This document shows positions 20,046 through 29,559 of a stretch of DNA of 64,000 nt, piece by piece; within the stretch, counting starts at the first letter, position 1, and the number at the start of each line of letters is the position of its first letter. This DNA comes from Candidatus Woesearchaeota archaeon. Lineage in GTDB: Archaea > Nanobdellota > Nanobdellia > Pacearchaeales > GW2011-AR1. The notes below the pieces were generated by a model. That model was not told where the DNA came from. It saw only the letters and a list, made by a program, of their open reading frames with translations, and did not search any database. The translations under genes were made by a program, and so were the position numbers. Location: the NCBI GenBank assembly GCA_964466575.1, contig CAYXNP010000002.1, positions 30,913 through 94,912 on the forward strand, given 5' to 3'.

Positions 20046-20951
20046 ATGAGAACATTGATAATAAAACTTGGTGCAATAGGCGATGTAGTTAGAACGACGG
20101 TTCTTTTAAGAGAGCTCGAAGGAGAAATATATTGGTTAACCAAAAAACACTCCAAAGATTTTTTAAATTCTGACAGAATTTCTCAAATTTACTTTATGGA
20201 GGATGAAAATAATCTTAATGAATTAAAGAATAAAGAATTTGATTTAGTTATTAATTTAGAGGAGGATATGGGGGTTTTAAAATTATTGAAACAAATTAAG
20301 ATGAGGAGGATGATTGGTGTATTTTTAGATGAAGAAAATAAGATTGATTATTCGCCTGAAAGCAAATATTGGTTTGATATGTCCAGGATAAGCAAATTCG
20401 GTTTATTAGACGCTGATCAATTAAAAAAAGAAAATAAAAAATCTGTTCCGCAAATTTATATTGAAATGATTGGGAAAGAATTTCATGGACAGGAATATGA
20501 TGTTGGTATTGAGCCGAAGCCAATCGATGAAGTTAAGGGAAAAATTGGATTGATTAATGTTACAACTAGTTTTTGGAAAAACAAATATTGGAATGGCTAT
20601 GATGAACTGGATTATGTTCTTAAAGAGAAAGGTTATGATGTTAATTTTTTAGAAATGCGAGACACATTGAAAGAGCATATAAATGATATTAATAATTGTG
20701 AGGTTGTTGTTTGCGGAGACACATTTGGAATGCATGCTGCGTTGGCTTTGAAAAAGAAAGTTGTTGCTATATTTAATTGCACACCGCCTGATGAAATTTA
20801 TCCCTATGATAGGATGATTAAAATTAAAAGTCCCATGTATGATAAATATTTTTTAAAAAAAGAACCGAGCATGAAAGCAATGTCAGCTGTTTCTGTAGAA
20901 GAAGTATATAGTGCAGTTGAGGAAATTTTAAAAGGTTCTGAAAAAAAGTAA
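20046..20951 (+). CDS. GT9 (heptosyltransferase-like) glycosyltransferase
   Basis: LIIKLGAIGDVVRT, GDTFGMHAA; ATG at 20046. Confidence 0.85.
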   Translation: MRTLIIKLGAIGDVVRTTVLLRELEGEIYWLTKKHSKDFLNSDRISQIYFMEDENNLNELKNKEFDLVINLEEDMGVLKLLKQIKMRRMIGVFLDEENKIDYSPESKYWFDMSRISKFGLLDADQLKKENKKSVPQIYIEMIGKEFHGQEYDVGIEPKPIDEVKGKIGLINVTTSFWKNKYWNGYDELDYVLKEKGYDVNFLEMRDTLKEHINDINNCEVVVCGDTFGMHAALALKKKVVAIFNCTPPDEIYPYDRMIKIKSPMYDKYFLKKEPSMKAMSAVSVEEVYSAVEEILKGSEKK

Positions 20952-20953
20952 TT

Positions 20954-22141
20954 TTATACTACTTCAAAAATTAATTCTGCTGGGCCTTTTTGATAAAGTG
21001 TTTCGTCTACCATTTCTTTGTTTGCTTCTGGATTCATAGCTCCTTTATTTTTAATTCTTATAGTAGGATCTTTTGTTACATAACCAATTTGTTTTGCATC
21101 AATTCCATGAACTTTTGCAACACCAATAACTGCTTCTGGCTTTGGCGTGACGATTATCATTCCTTGTCCCATATTCCATGTTTTATATGCTTCTTCATCA
21201 GCTACATTTCCTAATGCTTGAGTATATAACATAAAGTCTGAAGGTTCAAAAGGTTCATCTATCACAGCCCCTAATCCAGAAGGTCTTAACACTCTTCCAA
21301 GTTTTCCTGGAACTCCTCCTCCTGTAATATGAGCAACTCCATGAATTTCAACTTTTGGTTCTCTGTCATATCCACCAAACATATCAACAACTGCAGCCGT
21401 ATAAATTTTCGAGGGAGTTAATGCTAAATCTGCTAAAGAATCATTACCAACTTTCCAAGAAACCTGATGCCAATTTTCTCCATGAGTATTTTTCATTATT
21501 CTTCTAACTAAAGATAATCCATTAGATCTGAATCCTTTTTCTCTTAATCCTACAAGCGAATCTCCTTCTTTAATTTCTCTTCCAGTAAACATTCTATCTT
21601 TTTTAGCAAACCAAATAACTGCTGCTCCCCAATTATAATTAAAATTTCCATAACCACTAACCCTATTCCCTAATTCTGCTACTTCTCCATTAACAATCGC
21701 AACATTTGCTGCTTTTGCAGCACCAATATATCCTTCTGCTAATTGTTTTACTTGCTCAATATAAATTTCATCTCCCCTTCCTAAAGAATTAACATCTAAT
21801 ATACTTCCAATTAAAACTGGCTCTGCGCCCCTAACAACAGCATCATCACATACCATTGCAAATAAGTCGTAAGCAATAGTTTTGTGGTTATTAACTCTTT
21901 CAGCTAATTCCATTTTAGTTCCAACGCCGTCAAATCCAATATTCATTAAAGTTCCAGCAGGTAAATTAGAAACATCAATAGCTCTAACTCCTGAAAAATC
22001 ATCAAAAGGAACAACCAATTCTCCTAATCTTCCTCTCCGATTATTCCATGTTTGTTTTGCAGCATTATATAAAATTTTAGAAACATCATCACCTAGCTCA
22101 ATATTAACTCCTGCTTCTGCATAAGTTGATTGTGTTGGCAT
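20954..22141 (-). CDS. purM: Phosphoribosylformylglycinamidine cyclo-ligase (AIR synthase)
   Basis: YAEAGVNI, DGVGTK, GEVAE, SNG, HITGGG, NMG. Confidence 0.88.
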   Translation of the reverse strand: MPTQSTYAEAGVNIELGDDVSKILYNAAKQTWNNRRGRLGELVVPFDDFSGVRAIDVSNLPAGTLMNIGFDGVGTKMELAERVNNHKTIAYDLFAMVCDDAVVRGAEPVLIGSILDVNSLGRGDEIYIEQVKQLAEGYIGAAKAANVAIVNGEVAELGNRVSGYGNFNYNWGAAVIWFAKKDRMFTGREIKEGDSLVGLREKGFRSNGLSLVRRIMKNTHGENWHQVSWKVGNDSLADLALTPSKIYTAAVVDMFGGYDREPKVEIHGVAHITGGGVPGKLGRVLRPSGLGAVIDEPFEPSDFMLYTQALGNVADEEAYKTWNMGQGMIIVTPKPEAVIGVAKVHGIDAKQIGYVTKDPTIRIKNKGAMNPEANKEMVDETLYQKGPAELIFEVV

Positions 22142-22272
22142 TTTACTTAATTAGAAAATACATTTATAAATTTACCGTCGGAAGATTCATTAAATCATAG
22201 TAATAAAAAATAATCACAACAATATACTTCTCCTTCATAAATCTTTAAATATCACTTAACGAAATCTAATTC

Positions 22273-23160
22273 ATGATTTCAATAGTCATAACTTCTTTTA
22301 AAGAGCCAAAAACAATAGGCAAGGCAATTGAATCTTTTTTGAATCAGGAAATTAGGGAGGAATATGAATTATATGTTGCTGCGCCTGATGAAGAGACTTT
22401 GAATGTTGCGCGAAGTTATCAGAATAAGAATAAAAATCTGAAATTATTTACTGACCCTGGAAAAGGAAAAAGTTATGCGATGAATTTAATTCTTCCTAAA
22501 TTAAAAGGAGATATTTTCATTTTTAGCGACGGTGATGCTTATGTTTCTGAAAATTCGGTTAATGAACTTGTTAGGTTTTTTGATGATGATAATGTTGGTT
22601 GTGTTTCAGGAAGACCGGTTTCTCAAAATTCCAGAATAGATTTATTTGGATATTGGAGCCATATGTTATGTTATGCTGCTCACAAATTAAGAGAAAAAAG
22701 AAATGAGCAAGATAGGTTTCTTGAATGTTCTGGTTATTTATGGGCGTTTAGAAAAGGCGTGATTAAAAAATTTCCAGTCCATATTGCCGAGGACACGATT
22801 GTTCCAATTTTCTTTTGGTTGAATGGATATAAAATTAAGTATGCATCAAAAGCTTTAGTTTATGTTAAGTTTCCTGTTAATATGAAAGATTTTTTGAAAC
22901 AAAAACGTAGAGCTGCTGCATCTCATGGAACAATTTATCGGTATGTTAATCCGAAAAAAATTCCGCGAATGAAAACCCTGTCAAACGAGATTATTGAATC
23001 ATATCATGTTTTTGAATATCCTGAAAATTTGAAAGAATTTTTTTATACTATGCAATTATTTCCATTGAGACTTTACATTTGGCTTAATCTTGCGTTTAAT
23101 GAAAAGATTAGAAATAGGTATTATACTGATGCATGGAAGAGGGTGGGAAGTACGAAATAA
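22273..23160 (+). CDS. GT2 glycosyltransferase
   Basis: GKSYAMN, FSDGD, AED, QKRR. Confidence 0.85.
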   Translation: MISIVITSFKEPKTIGKAIESFLNQEIREEYELYVAAPDEETLNVARSYQNKNKNLKLFTDPGKGKSYAMNLILPKLKGDIFIFSDGDAYVSENSVNELVRFFDDDNVGCVSGRPVSQNSRIDLFGYWSHMLCYAAHKLREKRNEQDRFLECSGYLWAFRKGVIKKFPVHIAEDTIVPIFFWLNGYKIKYASKALVYVKFPVNMKDFLKQKRRAAASHGTIYRYVNPKKIPRMKTLSNEIIESYHVFEYPENLKEFFYTMQLFPLRLYIWLNLAFNEKIRNRYYTDAWKRVGSTK

Positions 23161-23188
23161 ATATAAAGATAGTTTTTTATAATAAAAG

Positions 23189-24775
23189 ATGGATGAGGTA
23201 AAAGAGATTGTTGAGAAAAAAAGAGATATTAAATTGAAAATTAAGGCTTGGCTTAAAGATTATGAAAATATTGTTTTGCTGGCGGTTTTAATTTTCGCTT
23301 TTGCACTTAGATGGCAATTTTTTATCTTAACAAAAAATCAGCCGTTTTGGTGGGATGAAGCGAGTTATGGGATTATTGCGAAGAGTTTTATTTCGAACAC
23401 ATTTGATTCAAATACGTTAGTTATTAATGAGATAATTATTAGGCCATTATTGCTTTCAATTATGTGGGCGGGTTTGATGTTAATGGAAATGCCTGAACAT
23501 TGGAGCAAATTTATTCTTGAGTTTATACCTTCGATTTTGTCTGTTTTTTTTGTGTATTTGGTTGGAAAGGAGATTTACAATAAAAGGGTCGGGATTATTT
23601 CAGCGTTTATTTTTTCTGTAATATGGATTCATCTTTTTTATACGATGAGGTTTTTGACAGATGTCCCTCAATTAGTTTTTTTATTCTCAAGTATTTACTA
23701 TTTTATTCTTGCTACAAAAAAAGAATTTGATTATAAATATTTCTCAATTTCATTATTCCTGCTTTCTTTAGGTACATTAATGAAGTATCCCAATGGAATG
23801 GTTTTTGTGATTTATTTTATTATATTGTTATTTGGAAAGCAGCTTTATTTAAATAAGAAAAAGTTTTGGTATTGTGGAATTGCAGGAGTTTCGCCGATGT
23901 TGCTCGCAGTGTTACTTAATTATTTTTTAAGTGGTGATTTTATTTCCAGGTTTATTGGAGCGAATTTTGGAAATGCGTCGGAACAAGTTGCCAGACCAAT
24001 TGCATACAATCTTTTGAATTACATCTCCATATATCTGCAAAATATTTTCTTTCTTCTTTTTTTGATTGGTTGTGCAATACTTTTATTTGAAGCTTTTATT
24101 AGATATAATTATATTTTTAAAAATAAGAAATTAAGAGATTCTTTACTTTTGGCTTTGATTATGATAGCTTTCTTCTCGTTTTTTATTTTTTATTTGAGAA
24201 GTGCTGATGATAGGTATTTCTTGCCGACGACAATTACGATGAGCATTTTTGCAGGTTTTGGTTTGGGTTATATATATGATCTTTTGAGAAAGTATCATCA
24301 AATTTTTGCGATTCTTGTTATTGTAGTGATTTTGTTTTTTGGAGCAAAAGCGCAAATAAAACAAGCAGATGATATAATTAAATTAAGAAGCGAAAGTTTT
24401 TTACAAATAAAACAAGGAATGTTATGGTTGAAAGCGAATGCTCCTGCTGGAAGCGAGATTGTTGGAATTGGTTTGGACCCGTATGCTATTTATTATGGTG
24501 ATATTAATATGACGTCGGATATTACAGAAAATGATTCTGTTAGAATTAATAATGCAGATTATTTAATTGTTCATGTTTTTCCGCCCGAGAATTTTTTAAT
24601 GCAATATGTCCAGGATAATCAGGATGTGTGGCAACCGATTAATGGCTTTTTCTTGGATAAGGAAAATACACAGGCGGGTTTAATAATTTATAAGAATACT
24701 GGGAAGAAGATTGATGCTGGTGAAGAATTAATTTCTAGTGAGGAAAATACTCTGCTCACAAGTTCGCAAGAATAA
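23189..24775 (+). CDS. GT-C fold membrane glycosyltransferase (PMT_2/ArnT-like)
   Basis: WWDE after TM1, many TM segments, DRY loop. Confidence 0.8.
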   Translation: MDEVKEIVEKKRDIKLKIKAWLKDYENIVLLAVLIFAFALRWQFFILTKNQPFWWDEASYGIIAKSFISNTFDSNTLVINEIIIRPLLLSIMWAGLMLMEMPEHWSKFILEFIPSILSVFFVYLVGKEIYNKRVGIISAFIFSVIWIHLFYTMRFLTDVPQLVFLFSSIYYFILATKKEFDYKYFSISLFLLSLGTLMKYPNGMVFVIYFIILLFGKQLYLNKKKFWYCGIAGVSPMLLAVLLNYFLSGDFISRFIGANFGNASEQVARPIAYNLLNYISIYLQNIFFLLFLIGCAILLFEAFIRYNYIFKNKKLRDSLLLALIMIAFFSFFIFYLRSADDRYFLPTTITMSIFAGFGLGYIYDLLRKYHQIFAILVIVVILFFGAKAQIKQADDIIKLRSESFLQIKQGMLWLKANAPAGSEIVGIGLDPYAIYYGDINMTSDITENDSVRINNADYLIVHVFPPENFLMQYVQDNQDVWQPINGFFLDKENTQAGLIIYKNTGKKIDAGEELISSEENTLLTSSQE

Positions 24776-24878
24776 TGTGGATTTTTCCAGAGCAAGATTC
24801 TACAAAGAAATATTGTTAATACTTAATATCTAAAAAGCATTGTTACTCAGTACTTTAACTTAAAATTTTATTAATAAC

Positions 24879-24894
24879 GCGAATGAAATGAGCG
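24879..24894 (+). repeat. Intergenic REP-like motif GCGAATGAAATGAGCG (copy 1)
   Basis: Exact 16-mer recurs on the minus strand at 38981-38996. Confidence 0.7.
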
Positions 24895-25020
24895 CTAATT
24901 TAATATAAAATAATTTTAGATTATAAAATAAAATAGATAAGTAAAGATAATAATGTTCATAATATGCGAATATATAATCATCCTCAATAATCCTTATAAA
25001 ATATAGTTAGAAGTAATTTT

Positions 25021-26481
25021 ATGAAAAGAAAGATTTATTTGGTTTATCCGCATGAAAAAACGCATTTTGTGCGGCTGTCTTTGTCTTTACTTAGTGTTGC
25101 GTCGACATTAGAGCCGGCTGGGTATGATGTTAAAATAATTGACATGAGATTTCAAGATCACTTGAAGGTTAATTTTTCAGATGCTCTTTTTGTTGGTTTG
25201 ACGAGTTTTACTGGAAGTAACTTGAAATCTGGATTAGAATTCTCAAGATATATCAAGAAAAAATATCCGAAGGTGCCGATTGTTTGGGGGGGTGTTCATG
25301 CTTCGATTTTGTCAATTCAGACAATTAGGAATGAGAATGTAGATATTATTGTTCGTGGCGAGGGCGACGTAACTGTTGTAGAGCTTGCTGATGCTTTATC
25401 TAAGGGAAAACCATTGAATAAAATAAATGGACTGACATTTAAAGATAAAGACGGCAAGATTGTTAATACGCCTGAAAGGGAATTTATTGATATGAATAAA
25501 CTGCCGAAGCCAGCATATCATCTTGTTGATTTGACTAAGGCTGAGACAACTCTTGGGCATTTTCCTTATAATGGGAGCCGAGGTTGTCCGCACAGATGCA
25601 AGTTTTGTTTTAATGTTAATTTTCATAAACGAAAATGGAGGGGAGTTACTGCTGAGAGAACTTTGGATGATATAGAGGATATAATTAGAGTTTCCGGAGC
25701 AAAGGGAATTGAATTTACAGAAGATAATTTTTTTACGAATAAGGAAAGGATTAGACAAATTGCGCAGGGTTTGATTGACAGGAAAATAAAAATTACTTGG
25801 GGGGCGGCTTGTCGAATGGATTATTTTGCTAAGTATGAAATTGAGTTTCTTAAGATGTTGAAGAGAAGTGGATTGGATTTAATGTCTGGCGGCGCAGAAT
25901 CAGGAAGTCAAAGAATTCTTGATTTGGTTGATAAGGATATAAAAGTTGAGGATACGATTGTTGCTGTTGCTAAGGCGAAAGAAGCGGGAATTATTCCGTG
26001 CTTGAGTTTTATTTATGGTGTTCCTAGTGAAACAAAAGAAGATGTTTTCAAGACGCTGAATTTGATTGATAAGTTAAAGAAAATAAATCCTGACACGCAG
26101 GTTAATGGAATTTTTGCGTTTACGATTTATCCTGGAGATCCGCTTGTTGAAGATTGTAAGAAGTTGGGATATAAAGAACCAAAGTCGTTGGAAGGTTGGG
26201 CGAATCATAATCTTTCTGATTTTAATACGCAGGTTTGGTTGAATAAAAAAGAGATTGCTTGGCTTGAGACGATTGGCGACATAATTCGGTTTGATTATTT
26301 TAATCAGACTGGAAGAGTTTATGATAATCTGAATGTGAAGTGGCATTATATTCCTTATTTGATTATGAGAGCTGTTTATACTGTTTCTGCGAGATTGAGA
26401 TGGAGACTAAGATATTTTCATCATGCATATGAATGGAGACTTTGGAGTTGGGTTAAGGAAAAGTATCTGGGGCATTTTTAG
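25021..26481 (+). CDS. B12-binding-domain radical SAM protein
   Basis: WGGVHA, RGEG, SRGCPHRCKFC, GAESGS. Confidence 0.9.
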   Translation: MKRKIYLVYPHEKTHFVRLSLSLLSVASTLEPAGYDVKIIDMRFQDHLKVNFSDALFVGLTSFTGSNLKSGLEFSRYIKKKYPKVPIVWGGVHASILSIQTIRNENVDIIVRGEGDVTVVELADALSKGKPLNKINGLTFKDKDGKIVNTPEREFIDMNKLPKPAYHLVDLTKAETTLGHFPYNGSRGCPHRCKFCFNVNFHKRKWRGVTAERTLDDIEDIIRVSGAKGIEFTEDNFFTNKERIRQIAQGLIDRKIKITWGAACRMDYFAKYEIEFLKMLKRSGLDLMSGGAESGSQRILDLVDKDIKVEDTIVAVAKAKEAGIIPCLSFIYGVPSETKEDVFKTLNLIDKLKKINPDTQVNGIFAFTIYPGDPLVEDCKKLGYKEPKSLEGWANHNLSDFNTQVWLNKKEIAWLETIGDIIRFDYFNQTGRVYDNLNVKWHYIPYLIMRAVYTVSARLRWRLRYFHHAYEWRLWSWVKEKYLGHF

Positions 26482-26544
26482 TTCAACCAAGTAGTGAATT
26501 CTCGACGAGGAAAGTTTTAAAAAGTATTTATTTAGAGTAATGAC

Positions 26545-28317
26545 ATGGGAAAAACTTTGGATAAAATTATTTCTAAATGGTTGATTATAGCTACAGGTTT
26601 GACAATGGGATTGAGTTCTGCGAGAAGTGAAAGTTATACTGTTCCTTTGGATTTACCAACAGGTGCAAGAACATTGAATATGGTTAGAATTCCTGCTGGT
26701 TCTTATTGGATGGGAAATATTGGAACTCTAAGAGATGGTTCTTTTCCTGATGAATTACCTCAACATGAAGTTACGATTACAAAAGATTTTTATATTGGAG
26801 AAACAGAAATTACACAAGCACAATACTTTTCTGTTGTTGGTGTTCAACCAGCAAATAGTTATGGGGTTGGAGATAATTATCCTGTTTATTATGTTTCTTG
26901 GAATGATACTCAAAATTTTATAAATGATTTAAATGAATTAAGTCAAGATAATTTTAGATTACCTACTGAGGCTGAATGGGAATATGCTTGTCGGGGAAGC
27001 GAATCAAATCCAGAAAGATATAATCTTTTTTCATTTGGCGATGATACATCTTATGATCTTGTTAATGGGAGTTTTAATAATCTTTTTAATCAATTTATGG
27101 TTTGGAATGGAAATAATAATATTCACGCAGAACAGGTTGCATCTAGACTTCCAAATGATTATGGTTTATATGATATGCATGGAAACATGTGGGAATGGAT
27201 TCAAGATTTTTATCGGGAAGATTTTTATAGTCAACCAGAAGCGATTTTACCTAATCCAATAAATACCTTACCTGGTAATTCTCTTATGAGAGGTGGTAGT
27301 TGGACACATAATGCTAATGGCTGTCGAACAGCTGAAAGAGGAAATGTTGTAGCAAGTACATCTCATAATGTGAGTGGCTTTAGAATAGCAATTGATGCTT
27401 CTGAGATTGACACTCCAACGCCGACTGAGACTGAAACTTCAACTCCGACTGAAACACCAACATTAACTCCATATCCAACTTACACTTTTTATCCAACTTA
27501 CACTTTTTATCCAACTTCAACGCCTTATTTTACTAACACTCCTCGGCCGACATATACACCAAATCATAGAGCCGATTTAATAATTAATGGAATGAGATTA
27601 ACAACTGAATTTAATGATTGTAATTCTAGAGATTTAGGTTTGGAAGTTGAGGTTGAAAATGTTGGGAATAATTATGCTGGACCTTTCACTGTTAAAATTA
27701 ATGATGATTTTAAGGATTTTGTATATGGATTAGCGGTTGGAACAACAGGTACGGTGTGGTCTGGAAGTGATGAAATTAATCTTAATTATACTCAAGCAGA
27801 TTTTTATAATCAAGTTTTAGAAAGTAATGAAGGTAACAACAGCTCATTTGAAGTCTTCCATAATTTTCCAACGCCACGAGCAACTTGCACTCCGACGATA
27901 ACTGAAACATTAACACGAACAAACACCCCTGTTGATACACAAACTCCTTATCCGACCTATACAGAAAGGCCACAACTAGTAACACAAACACCTTATAATA
28001 CTAACACGCCTTATCCGACTTACACTTTTTATCCAACATGGACTGAAATTCCAAGTGCGACGCCGACAGAAACTTTTACTATGACGCCGACATTTACTGA
28101 AAGTAATACACCAACATTTACATTTTCTTATACACCAACTTACACGACAACGCCTAGTCCAACAGAAACCAATACTTTAATACCAACGTTGACAAACACT
28201 CCAATTTGGAATTATGCTGATCTTGATGGTAATGGGGTTGTTAATTCAAATGATGTTTTAATGCTTCTTCAAGAATGGCATAAGCATCGTGATGATGGGC
28301 CTGTGTTGTTGGAATAG
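26545..28317 (+). CDS. Secreted surface protein: FGE-sulfatase (CLec-fold) domain, Thr/Pro stalks, CARDB-like Ig domain, dockerin/EF-hand-like tail
   Basis: Signal peptide; RLPTEAEWEYACR, PNDYGLYDMHGNMWEW, RGGSW...GFR; ESNEGNN; ADLDGNGVVNSNDVL. Confidence 0.85.
   Translation: MGKTLDKIISKWLIIATGLTMGLSSARSESYTVPLDLPTGARTLNMVRIPAGSYWMGNIGTLRDGSFPDELPQHEVTITKDFYIGETEITQAQYFSVVGVQPANSYGVGDNYPVYYVSWNDTQNFINDLNELSQDNFRLPTEAEWEYACRGSESNPERYNLFSFGDDTSYDLVNGSFNNLFNQFMVWNGNNNIHAEQVASRLPNDYGLYDMHGNMWEWIQDFYREDFYSQPEAILPNPINTLPGNSLMRGGSWTHNANGCRTAERGNVVASTSHNVSGFRIAIDASEIDTPTPTETETSTPTETPTLTPYPTYTFYPTYTFYPTSTPYFTNTPRPTYTPNHRADLIINGMRLTTEFNDCNSRDLGLEVEVENVGNNYAGPFTVKINDDFKDFVYGLAVGTTGTVWSGSDEINLNYTQADFYNQVLESNEGNNSSFEVFHNFPTPRATCTPTITETLTRTNTPVDTQTPYPTYTERPQLVTQTPYNTNTPYPTYTFYPTWTEIPSATPTETFTMTPTFTESNTPTFTFSYTPTYTTTPSPTETNTLIPTLTNTPIWNYADLDGNGVVNSNDVLMLLQEWHKHRDDGPVLLE
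27472..27516 (+). repeat. 18-bp coding tandem repeat TATCCAACTTACACTTTT x2.5 (YPTYTF)
   Basis: Read directly; a related copy lies near 28012-28037. Confidence 0.85.
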
Positions 28318-28355
28318 ATAGAAATATATAAATAATTCTGGTGCTTTATTTTTTT

Positions 28356-28577
28356 ATGGGATTAGAAAATACAACTAATGATGAATCTGGAAAAAAGAAG
28401 CTTAGAATGAAAGATGTTGTTGATGCCGAGGCTTCGACTTTTGGGAATAATCCTCAATATTGGGAAACACACGAGGAAGTAGATGTTGGATATTATGCAA
28501 GAAAGTTTGTTTTTAGAGCAGCTTTGGGTGCAGGAATTCTTTATGGAGTTTTTTATTTGGCGAAGGAAGTTTGGTGA
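28356..28577 (+). CDS. Small hypothetical protein with a C-terminal TM helix
   Basis: ATG at 28356; hydrophobic C-terminus AALGAGILYGVFYLA. Confidence 0.6.
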   Translation: MGLENTTNDESGKKKLRMKDVVDAEASTFGNNPQYWETHEEVDVGYYARKFVFRAALGAGILYGVFYLAKEVW

Positions 28578-28578
28578 G

Positions 28579-28599
28579 ATAGAAACACCTAAAAACTCT
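28579..28599 (+). promoter_or_regulatory. BRE/TATA-like promoter, near-identical to 30374-30394
   Basis: ATAGAAACACCTAAAAACTCT; CCTAAAAA begins 29 nt before ATG 28617. Confidence 0.6.
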
Positions 28600-28616
28600 C
28601 CATATCTCTTTTTATC

Positions 28617-29264
28617 ATGGCATATAAGTTTTCACCATCTGGATTGAATTTATTTAAAGAATGCCCTCGCTGTTTTTGGCTGACGCATCATAAAATTTGG
28701 AAAAGACCACAAGGAATTTTTCCGAGCTTGCCGAGTGGCATGGACAAGATATTGAAAGTTCATTTTGATAAGTTCAGGGAGAAAGGAGAACTTCCTCCGG
28801 AATTAAAAAAGAATGGAGATTGTAAGAACATGAAACTTTTTGATAATCATGAACTTCTTGCGATATGGAGAAGCAACTTCAAAGGAATTTCTTACTCTGA
28901 TAAAGAGGGCAACATTCTCAAAGGTGCTGTAGATAATATCCTAATGAAAGGAAAGAAACTAATTGTTCTAGATTACAAAACACGAGGTTATGATTTGAAG
29001 GAAGATACACATGAACATTACCAAGACCAGCTTGATATATACAATTTCTTATTGAGAAAAAATGGATATCAAACTGAAGACTTTGCGTTTCTTTTGTTTT
29101 ACGTTCCAAAAGAGGTTTTGCCGACGGGAGAAGTTATATTTGACACCACTTTAAAGAAGATGAAGATTAATATAAAGAACGCTGAGAAAGTTTGGAGAAA
29201 TGCGTTGGAGATGTTGAAGGGAGAGTGTCCGGAAAGGGGATGTGAGTGGTGTGGGAAAGTATAA
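28617..29264 (+). CDS. PD-(D/E)XK nuclease, Cas4/RecB-like
   Basis: FSPS...CPRCF, GAVD...LDYKT, QLDIY, C-terminal CPERGCEWC. Confidence 0.85.
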   Translation: MAYKFSPSGLNLFKECPRCFWLTHHKIWKRPQGIFPSLPSGMDKILKVHFDKFREKGELPPELKKNGDCKNMKLFDNHELLAIWRSNFKGISYSDKEGNILKGAVDNILMKGKKLIVLDYKTRGYDLKEDTHEHYQDQLDIYNFLLRKNGYQTEDFAFLLFYVPKEVLPTGEVIFDTTLKKMKINIKNAEKVWRNALEMLKGECPERGCEWCGKV

Positions 29265-29355
29265 AAGATTTTAGAAGGGGTTGTAGGAATTGTTCTTTTA
29301 GAATCGAAAAATTTATAAAGATGTAAGTACATGTAAGAACATAAAGATAAGGAAA

Positions 29356-29556
29356 ATGGGAAAAGACAGAAAACACATGAAAAAATTAAGAAAGAAGAGA
29401 ATAACATCAGTTAAAGAAAATATAGAGGAACATGAAGAAAAGATTCAAAAAGAAAAAGGCAGAAAAGATACGACTAAAGATTATTGGAGAAAGGAAATAG
29501 ATGAAAAATTTTTAAAACAAGTAAATGAAGACGAAGAGTATTTGGAGGAAAAATAA
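29356..29556 (+). CDS. Small highly charged hypothetical protein
   Basis: 66-aa ORF ending 3 nt before the next gene. Confidence 0.6.
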   Translation: MGKDRKHMKKLRKKRITSVKENIEEHEEKIQKEKGRKDTTKDYWRKEIDEKFLKQVNEDEEYLEEK

Positions 29557-29559
29557 AAA

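Noticed and set aside
27289..27390. DGR variable region in the FGE domain
   Set aside because: No template repeat or reverse transcriptase seen in the window, and the domain is not C-terminal. A remote DGR is not excluded.
28617..29264. CRISPR-Cas locus suggested by the Cas4-like gene
   Set aside because: No repeat-spacer array and no cas1/cas2 found.
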